Source: Bdellovibrionales bacterium (GTDB taxonomy: Bacteria; Bdellovibrionota; Bdellovibrionia; Bdellovibrionales; JAGQZY01). Taken from it: 64,000 nt of DNA. Shown here in pieces: positions 57,409 through 64,000 of this stretch. The translations under genes and the position numbers were made by a program. The stretch is from positions 384,001 to 448,000 of the forward strand of contig CAXRHT010000003.1 in assembly GCA_964230645.1 (NCBI GenBank). The letters run 5' to 3'. The notes below the pieces were generated by a model. It saw only the letters and a list, made by a program, of their open reading frames with translations, had not been told where the DNA came from and made no database searches. Within the stretch, counting starts at the first letter, position 1; every line of letters begins with the position of its first letter.

Positions 57409-58068
57409 TTAGTATTTACGAATCAATCCCACAACTATGCCTCTGATATCAACCTCTTCTGGGTGATACCATAGAGATTCCATGGTGGAGTTGGCTGGGC
57501 GAAGTTCGACCATCTTTTTTCGGCCAGTGGGTTGAAAGATTCTTTTCACGGTGGCTTCGTGATTCACAACAGCCACGATGATTTCTCCATCGCGAGCGTA
57601 CTCTTGTCTTTGTACAAGGATAGTGTCGCCATCATGAATGCCGTCTTCGATCATGGAGTCCCCTTGCACTTGCAAAGCATAGGTTTGGTCGGGTTTTTTA
57701 AGTAAGGAAACAGGGATATCTATAAATTCATCGTGCTTAAGGTGTTCGATGGGAGCACCGGCGGCCACATTACCAAGGAGAGGGATGGTGGTGTTGGGAG
57801 TGAGTCTTGTTTGAATTTCTTTGAGATTGTCGGGGAGGGACTGGGCGGAGCGAATCACACGGATGGCTCGCTTTTGGTTGCCTCCGGGATTATGGATATA
57901 GTTTTTGGCCTCAAGTTGTTTGAGATAATTTTGTACGGAATTGTTTGAGGCAAAACCAAAATGCTCTTTGATTTCTAGAAAACTAGGGGAGACCCCCTCT
58001 TTTGTGATATAACTTTCGATGTACTCTAAGACGTTTTTTTCCTTAGGTGTTAAGGGTTGAATCTCCAT
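57409..58068 (-). CDS. lexA: SOS repressor LexA
   Basis: N-terminal wHTH (PSFLEI), VAAG cleavage site, GDSM Ser, TVK Lys; AAGGAGG RBS before ATG 58068. Confidence 0.95.
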   Translation of the reverse strand: MEIQPLTPKEKNVLEYIESYITKEGVSPSFLEIKEHFGFASNNSVQNYLKQLEAKNYIHNPGGNQKRAIRVIRSAQSLPDNLKEIQTRLTPNTTIPLLGNVAAGAPIEHLKHDEFIDIPVSLLKKPDQTYALQVQGDSMIEDGIHDGDTILVQRQEYARDGEIIVAVVNHEATVKRIFQPTGRKKMVELRPANSTMESLWYHPEEVDIRGIVVGLIRKY

Positions 58069-58083
58069 ATCTAAAACCTCCTT

Positions 58084-58132
58084 GTCATATGTAAGTAACA
58101 TGTAAGTTATGTGTAAAAAATAGGAAAGTCAA
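58084..58132 (-). promoter_or_regulatory. lexA promoter TTGACT-N17-TAACTT overlapped by three tandem 11-bp repeats (candidate LexA operator)
   Basis: Minus strand TTACACATAAC TTACATGTTAC TTACATATGAC at 58116-58084; -35 at 58132-58127, -10 at 58109-58104. Confidence 0.65.
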
Positions 58133-58301
58133 CGGACCTAAAGTCTGTGAAATCACGATTTTTCGCTTTTTTTATAATCTGCCTAAAAATAGTTCACGAT
58201 TCGATCTTCCTGAGTCTCCGTTCAGGGCATTTAAGTTGTTATTTTAGTTAAAAAATGGTTAACAGTGTTTTCCAAAACAACAGAACGAAAGGATTTGAGA
58301 G

Positions 58302-59837
58302 ATGTCTAAAATTTCGTTGATCGAGGAATCTGTCCGGTTAGGCCTAGGAAAATTGAGCCAAGATGGAGCGCTCATTGTAGAGACCGGAAAATTCACCGGC
58401 CGTGCCGCTGATAAACGCTACATCGCTAAACATCCAGAGCTCGAAAATAAAATCGACTGGGAATCCAATAAGTCAGTAGACGTTGAGACCAAATCCAAGC
58501 TTCTTGCAAGTATCCAAAAGAAACACAGCGAGATGAAAACCTATGAATATAAAGGTTTCGTGGGCGGTTGTCCTGTGGAGGTCACCTCAACATCACCTTG
58601 GCACATATTATTTGCTAGTAACATGTTCCGTGACAAAGCCATCGACGATCTTAAAGAACTTTGCCAAGACTGGGGAACCATCAAAATTTATCACGACCCT
58701 TATGGAACGACCACAGAACACGGTCTTGATGTGGGAACAGACACTATGGTGATCCTTGATCCTAAAGACCTCACCGTATGTATTTGTGGAACCGCTTACG
58801 CCGGCGAAATTAAAAAATCAGCCTTCAGTTTAAGTAATTATCTTCTTCCAGAAAAAGGAATTTTCCCCATGCATGCTTCGGCCAATTGTAGAGAAGGTGG
58901 AAAACAGTCCTCGGTTCTGTTTGGTTTGTCAGGAACGGGTAAAACAACCCTAAGTGCGGCTGATGAGCGTATGCTTGTGGGTGATGACGAAATCATCTGG
59001 ACGGACTCTGGTCTTTCAAACCTTGAGGGCGGCTGCTATGCCAAACTCATCAATCTTTCTGAAAGAGCCGAGCCCCAAATTTATCGGGCTGCCAATAAGT
59101 TTGGTTCTATTCTAGAAAATGTTGTCGCTAACGAAGAAACTAGAAAAATTGATTTTACCGATACGACAAAAACCGAAAACACTCGTGGTTCCTATGACAT
59201 CAAAGCTCTTGAGAACTGTTTCAACCAGGAGGCGGAAGCTCAAAAACCTGAGACTGTTATTTTTCTAACAGCCGATGCCTTTGGAGCTCTCCCTGCAGTG
59301 GCAAAGCTTGATTCCCTTCAAGCGCAGTACCATTTTATCTCGGGTTATACGGCCAAAGTGGCTGGAACCGAGCTGGGTGTGACCGAGCCACAAGCGACCT
59401 TTAGTGCCTGCTTTGGCGCTCCTTTTATGCCAAGACACCCTTCTGAATACGGAAAACTTTTAGCTGAAAAGATTGAAAAAAATAACACTTCCGTTTGGCT
59501 TCTCAACACCGGTTGGACCAACGGTGGTTATGGTAAAGGCCCACGTTTCCCTATTCGAGTGAGTCGTGAACTCTTAAGAGCCATTCAAACGGGTAAGCTT
59601 GATGAGCAAGAGATGGTGAAGCATCCTGTGTTTGGTTTTATGGTTCCTACCACTTGTCCTGGAGTGGACGAGTCCTACTTACAAATCCCAACGGGTCCGA
59701 GTGTGATTGAGTTGGCTAAGAAATTCATTGAGAACATGAATTCCATTGGCGGTGGAGTGGTCAGTCCTGAGGTGATTCTTCAAGGTGGACCAACCCTTGG
59801 TATGCAACCAACAACAACTCCAGAGATGACACTTTAA
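58302..59837 (+). CDS. pckA: Phosphoenolpyruvate carboxykinase (ATP)
   Basis: TGKFTGR, YAGEIKK, MHASAN, FGLSGTGKTTLS, GDDE, EGGCYAK, TENTR motifs. Confidence 0.96.
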   Translation: MSKISLIEESVRLGLGKLSQDGALIVETGKFTGRAADKRYIAKHPELENKIDWESNKSVDVETKSKLLASIQKKHSEMKTYEYKGFVGGCPVEVTSTSPWHILFASNMFRDKAIDDLKELCQDWGTIKIYHDPYGTTTEHGLDVGTDTMVILDPKDLTVCICGTAYAGEIKKSAFSLSNYLLPEKGIFPMHASANCREGGKQSSVLFGLSGTGKTTLSAADERMLVGDDEIIWTDSGLSNLEGGCYAKLINLSERAEPQIYRAANKFGSILENVVANEETRKIDFTDTTKTENTRGSYDIKALENCFNQEAEAQKPETVIFLTADAFGALPAVAKLDSLQAQYHFISGYTAKVAGTELGVTEPQATFSACFGAPFMPRHPSEYGKLLAEKIEKNNTSVWLLNTGWTNGGYGKGPRFPIRVSRELLRAIQTGKLDEQEMVKHPVFGFMVPTTCPGVDESYLQIPTGPSVIELAKKFIENMNSIGGGVVSPEVILQGGPTLGMQPTTTPEMTL

Positions 59838-59851
59838 AATAGTCCTTATTG

Positions 59852-59882
59852 GCGCTTAGAAAAACTTTTTCTAAGCGCTTTT
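59852..59882. terminator. Palindromic hairpin/terminator after pckA
   Basis: GCGCTTAGAAAAA-c-TTTTTCTAAGCGC followed by TTTT. Confidence 0.65.
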
Positions 59883-59936
59883 CTCTCACCCCAGTTGAGA
59901 TGAGAGTTGTCTTTTTAGTGGGAAGAGTTCCCGAGT

Positions 59937-60359
59937 TTATTTCTTAAATATTGCTCGATCGACTGAATGCATTCCCGGTCCAATAATTAAAAACATGACC
60001 GACAATCCAAGATAAACGAGTGCTAGTTCGTAAGAGGCCCCTTGTCCGACGAAGGGATCGCCATTGATCACAGCATGAAAATAGGTAGCAAAACCCATTG
60101 TACAAATGAGTCCAAGGGAAACCAGGGGAGTCAAAAAACCAAGGATCAATCCAATACCTCCAAAAAACTCAGACACAGCGGCAAGAAATAGAAGAAAGCC
60201 TGGAATGGCAGCATCCGGGCCCATCCAATTAAAAGGGGCTTGAATTTTTGGAAGTCCGTGGAGAATAAAAGCGGAGCCCATAATTAAGCGAACAAAAAGT
60301 AAGCTGAAAGAGGGGATCAGAGGAAGAGGATAGGGAGCCAGTAGTTTTTTAATGTTCAT
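59937..60359 (-). CDS. DoxX family membrane protein
   Basis: RLIMG..FILHGLPK, SEFFGG..LILGFLT, YELAL, GPG..SVD motifs. Confidence 0.9.
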   Translation of the reverse strand: MNIKKLLAPYPLPLIPSFSLLFVRLIMGSAFILHGLPKIQAPFNWMGPDAAIPGFLLFLAAVSEFFGGIGLILGFLTPLVSLGLICTMGFATYFHAVINGDPFVGQGASYELALVYLGLSVMFLIIGPGMHSVDRAIFKK

Positions 60360-60378
60360 GAGCGCATCCTTTAAAAGT

Positions 60379-61500
60379 TTAAGGGTTTAAGGCGCAATAA
60401 TCGGATGAATCCTTATCTTTAGTCAACTTCGGATGCGCAAAGTAGATCTTATTTAAGCGAGTGGCGTTAGGAAGGTAAGACGAGCCCCGAGAGAGCTGTC
60501 TTTTGGCGCAAAGATCAGGACGGGGAAACTCGCTGGAGTACTCACTCCTAGCAAAAACTTCGGCTGAGAACCAATCGGCAAAGATCTCAAGGCTTTGCTC
60601 TTTTTGGGTGCCCTCAGGGGGATAAAAACTACGATTGCAGGTAAGATGTTTTTTTAAAGAGCCTGCCATTTCTTCAGTTAACTTGTTGTTCTCAACAGCC
60701 CAAAGCATTTTTGAGTCATCACGCTTTTTAGCAGCGAGTCCCTTTTCTTTTCTAAAACACTGAATCAATGGTTGAAACGGGTTTTCAGATTGGAAATAAA
60801 AGGACCAGCGGCAAGGATCAAAAGCATGTCCTATCTCGTGAGCAAGAGCGGCGAAAAAGCTAGCGTCAGTGGGGTACATGCGCGCTTCAATCCCCATATT
60901 GATTCTATTCTTAGGGGGATCATAGGCCAAACCCCAACGAACAAACTCGAGAGGACTGTTTTCATAAGGACTACCTTTAAGTTTGTCGAACCAATAGAGT
61001 TCAACGGTATCAATTTTGTGGGTGATGCGAGTTTTGCTTTTTTTCTCAATGGGCCAGGAGACTACAAGTTTTTTGGCCTGATCTTTCACCTTTTTTAAAA
61101 GCTCTTCGGCTTTCCTTTTAAAGTCGGCATCAAAGCTCTCCTCATTGATTTGTTCAAAAAGGTTTTGCACTGATCGATTGATCCTTTGATTTTGGGTGGG
61201 ATATTGCAGGAGCACGAAGTTTTCAAAATAGTACTGCCGCCACTGCTTAGCAATCTCTTCCTCTGTGGCCGCCATAAGCTCTCTTTTATCAAGCCAAGTT
61301 AAAAGCACCGGGCTTTTATTAGCGATCAGCTTTGATAAGACGGTGTCGGCCTCTTGAGCGATGGCCTCAAGGTTAGAGGCCTCACGGATTTTTTTATCAA
61401 GCTTAGTTTTTAACTGAGGATAATCCTTGTGGACAATCGCTTGATTGGCGCAAACCGGTGCCTTGGCCCAGAGAAATAAAAATAATAAATGATAAATCAA
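60379..61500 (-). CDS. Secreted HEXXH zinc-metalloprotease-like protein
   Basis: Hydrophobic N-terminus; LAYDP, AHEIGHAFD and EIFADW resemble the gluzincin/M13 catalytic core. Confidence 0.6.
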   Translation of the reverse strand: MIYHLLFLFLWAKAPVCANQAIVHKDYPQLKTKLDKKIREASNLEAIAQEADTVLSKLIANKSPVLLTWLDKRELMAATEEEIAKQWRQYYFENFVLLQYPTQNQRINRSVQNLFEQINEESFDADFKRKAEELLKKVKDQAKKLVVSWPIEKKSKTRITHKIDTVELYWFDKLKGSPYENSPLEFVRWGLAYDPPKNRINMGIEARMYPTDASFFAALAHEIGHAFDPCRWSFYFQSENPFQPLIQCFRKEKGLAAKKRDDSKMLWAVENNKLTEEMAGSLKKHLTCNRSFYPPEGTQKEQSLEIFADWFSAEVFARSEYSSEFPRPDLCAKRQLSRGSSYLPNATRLNKIYFAHPKLTKDKDSSDYCALNP

Positions 61501-61838
61501 TTGTTAGGTCTTCCTGATGGCTCGTTGTTCAACACTAATAGATTGGATTTATCTTTTTCAAATTTCAAGGATTCTTTGTGTTCTCCGATTTCAGATATGG
61601 ATAAAACGGAGTAGATGGATAAATGATAGGTTTTGACATTTTCGAACTCAAGTTTTCTGGCTTCCTCATCGGGATTCACCAGTACACTTGAGGTATCAAA
61701 AATAAAGTCGGATAGGGAAATAAAACTTAACCCAAGAGAGGAATCACCAATCTTTTTAGCTTTGATGGATTGGTGTTCACCGTTTCTTGGGTCTCTGTAA
61801 TGAACAAGGTAGTATGTTTTCTCTTTTTTCTGAGCCAT
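61497..61838 (-). CDS. DUF1820-like protein
   Basis: FISLSDFIF, LVNPDEE..K.EF..VK and SI.EI pattern. Confidence 0.65.
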   Translation of the reverse strand: MAQKKEKTYYLVHYRDPRNGEHQSIKAKKIGDSSLGLSFISLSDFIFDTSSVLVNPDEEARKLEFENVKTYHLSIYSVLSISEIGEHKESLKFEKDKSNLLVLNNEPSGRPNN

Positions 61839-61844
61839 CTCTTT

Positions 61845-62189
61845 TTAGTGGAGGTACAAATTGCCGTTCTGGGCTAAGTGGTTCAACTTCTGATCTCTAA
61901 GGTGAGGATTCATCTCGGCTTCCATTTCCACGAAATACTCAAGAAGTCCTTCTTTGGCATTTCGGATAGCATCAAAGGGATCTTTGTGGCGACCCACTGT
62001 TTGGATTTCTCCTTCTTCCTGATAGGCTGTCACTTCGGCTTCGTATTCTCCCTTACCTACTTCGGTGAGTCGCACTTGCAGGGAGGACTTGTCAGTTAAA
62101 TGAGGCTGTAAATCCGCCATTTGTTGTTGGATATAGGCTGTGAACTCTTTTTCGTTAATCTTCATATTTTTAGAATCGATTTTAACCAT
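61845..62189 (-). CDS. HPF/RaiA-like fold small protein (tentative)
   Basis: Apparent beta-alpha-beta-beta-beta-alpha pattern with YI...L, AEVT and DPFDAI..A; strong AGGAGAGG RBS. Confidence 0.4.
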   Translation of the reverse strand: MVKIDSKNMKINEKEFTAYIQQQMADLQPHLTDKSSLQVRLTEVGKGEYEAEVTAYQEEGEIQTVGRHKDPFDAIRNAKEGLLEYFVEMEAEMNPHLRDQKLNHLAQNGNLYLH

Positions 62190-62466
62190 AGGTCACCTCT
62201 CCTATATAATGTGAGGCTCCCTTGAAATCTGTCAATGCAGCTATTTTCCCAAGTAATATTAGTGGCTTAAGGTGGTGTGCTTGAGGCCTTTTAGACTCGC
62301 TCGACCATCTTCTAGGAAAAGCTTAATCCTTAGGCTTTTCAAGTCCAAGAGGGACGTTCTCAGCTTTAAAATAGAGCGCTTTTGGACAGTCCGAGCATTG
62401 ACCCAGGTGGTGAGATCTTTTTAAGTAGAGGGGTTTAAAATATTATCGAAACCAAAAAGAGGCCCT

Positions 62467-63147
62467 GTGGAAAAATCTTGGGAAAAGCATTTAAAGTCAG
62501 AATTTGAAAAGTCCTACATGAAGGATCTGAAGACTTTTTTAAAGTCGGAATACGATGCGGGTAAAACAATTTATCCTTCAAAATCAGAGTACTTTGCCGC
62601 TTTCGATCACACCCCTTTAGATGATGTGAAAGTTGTGATCCTTGGACAAGATCCCTATCATGGCCCGGGCCAAGCCCATGGACTTTGTTTTTCAGTCAAA
62701 CCTGGCGTGAAAACACCTCCTTCGCTTGTGAATATTTATAAGGAGATCAAAGAGGACTTAGGAATCTCCAATCCCGATCATGGTTATTTGATCAATTGGG
62801 CCGAGCAAGGGGTGCTACTTTTAAATAGTGTGATGACCGTTGAAAAAGGACAAGCCGCTTCCCATAGAAACAAAGGCTGGGAGAAGTTTACTGACCGAGT
62901 GATCGAAGTTCTCAACGAACGAGAAAAACCCATGGTTTTTATTTTGTGGGGAAGTTATGCCCAAAAAAAAGGAGCCATTGTCGATGATAAAAAGCACTTG
63001 GTGCTAAAGGGGCCTCATCCCTCCCCCTTATCGGCTCATCGTGGTTTCTTTGGGTGCAAACATTTTTCTAAGGCCAATGACTTTTTAATCAAAAATGGTC
63101 AAGCTCCTATCGATTGGGAACTTCCCACCAGGACCACTCTTAACTAA
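62467..63147 (+). CDS. ung: Uracil-DNA glycosylase (family 1)
   Basis: GQDPYH, PPSLVNI, GVLLLN, HPSPLS motifs. Confidence 0.97.
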   Translation: MEKSWEKHLKSEFEKSYMKDLKTFLKSEYDAGKTIYPSKSEYFAAFDHTPLDDVKVVILGQDPYHGPGQAHGLCFSVKPGVKTPPSLVNIYKEIKEDLGISNPDHGYLINWAEQGVLLLNSVMTVEKGQAASHRNKGWEKFTDRVIEVLNEREKPMVFILWGSYAQKKGAIVDDKKHLVLKGPHPSPLSAHRGFFGCKHFSKANDFLIKNGQAPIDWELPTRTTLN

Positions 63148-63159
63148 AGGCTTTCATTT

Positions 63160-64000
63160 ATGCTCTCTTTTCAAAGCCAAGTCATAATTAAAAATAAATT
63201 TCCCGACTTCAGCACCGACGGTATGTTTTTACTTTATGACTTATCCATTCTCGATGGCGGCGAGAGTGATGAAGACAAAAAAGCTTTCATCGATCAATTT
63301 GAATATAAACTTGGTCTTAAGGGCGGTGAGAATTTAAAAGCGTTTAAAGATTTTCCAAAGAACTTAGAGCAGATTTTAAAAAAATGGCCCCAGCCTATTA
63401 GTCGCTCGCAAACAATGGTCATTCTTGGAGGCGGTAGTCTTGGTGATTTTGGTGGCTTTGCCGCCTCAGTGATAAAAAGAGGAGTGAACCTCATTCAAAT
63501 CCCTTCGACTTGGCTCAGTGCTATGGACTCAGCCCACGGGGGGAAAACGGCCCTTAATCTTAATGGTATTAAAAATCAGGTGGGAAGTTTTTATCCCGCT
63601 CAGAAAGTTTATATTATTCGGGATCTTTTAGAGTCCGTTCCTGTGGAAATCAAAGAGCAGTCTTTTGGAGAGCTTATTAAAATGGGGCTGATCGGTGAGT
63701 CCAAATTTTTTAAGGAGATTGCCTATGAAAAACGCGAAGCCAAAGATTTCATGTGGCGATTTCTGAAATTCTGTATTGAAGACAAATACGAAGTTATTTT
63801 GCAAGATCCCTATGAAAAAAACAAAATTCGCCAGGTTTTAAACTTTGGTCACACCTTAGGGCATGCCTTTGAAAGTCATTTCTCATGGTCCCATGGAGAC
63901 AGCGTCTTGCAAGGTGTTTTCTTTGCTCTTGAGTGGAGCCGCTATCGAGGGGATCTTTCCCAAGGCACCTTTGATGACATCATGAAAATCATAAAAGAGA
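63160..64000 (+). CDS. aroB: 3-dehydroquinate synthase (partial, runs off the window)
   Basis: Manual translation from ATG 63160: GGGSLGDFGGF, IPSTWLSAMDSAHGGKT, KNQVGSF, LNFGHTLGHAFE; absent from the ORF track because no stop codon falls in the window. Confidence 0.92.
   Translation, partial: MLSFQSQVIIKNKFPDFSTDGMFLLYDLSILDGGESDEDKKAFIDQFEYKLGLKGGENLKAFKDFPKNLEQILKKWPQPISRSQTMVILGGGSLGDFGGFAASVIKRGVNLIQIPSTWLSAMDSAHGGKTALNLNGIKNQVGSFYPAQKVYIIRDLLESVPVEIKEQSFGELIKMGLIGESKFFKEIAYEKREAKDFMWRFLKFCIEDKYEVILQDPYEKNKIRQVLNFGHTLGHAFESHFSWSHGDSVLQGVFFALEWSRYRGDLSQGTFDDIMKIIKE

Noticed and set aside
1..64000. tRNA, rRNA, known riboswitches, prophage or defence systems
   Set aside because: None recognised by eye; an Infernal/Rfam and tRNAscan run would be needed to exclude them formally

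Overview
Chromosomal window from a moderately AT-rich Gram-negative bacterium. The gene content (divIVA-proC-yggS-maf next to a tadC/FHA cluster, and many secreted peptidases and lipoproteins) suggests Bdellovibrionota; this is inference. Main blocks: a translationally coupled biotin operon, bioB-bioF-bioDA fusion plus a ferritin-like diiron gene, with no bioC/bioH/bioW/bioI; msrAB; transport genes; an M16 peptidase; a DnaA-box cluster between convergent genes; exbB/exbD; a minus-strand tadC-DUF192-3xFHA-degenerate PP2C operon; maf-yggS-proC-divIVA-MFS-valS; a Psp-like operon with two unknown membrane proteins; a menaquinone cluster (menFDHACE, divergent aroF-menG, no menB); an FHA-TM-trypsin protease; M13 peptidases; lexA with a repeated candidate operator; pckA; ung; and a partial aroB. 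Five loci carry a GTCAT(C/T)CTGAG...GA(C/T)GAC palindromic REP-like element. Two of these are colinear composite copies with tandem arm fragments, and they bracket a two-gene surface-protein cassette. I found no rRNA, tRNA, CRISPR-Cas, transposase or prophage. All calls come from motif recognition by eye; no database searches were run.
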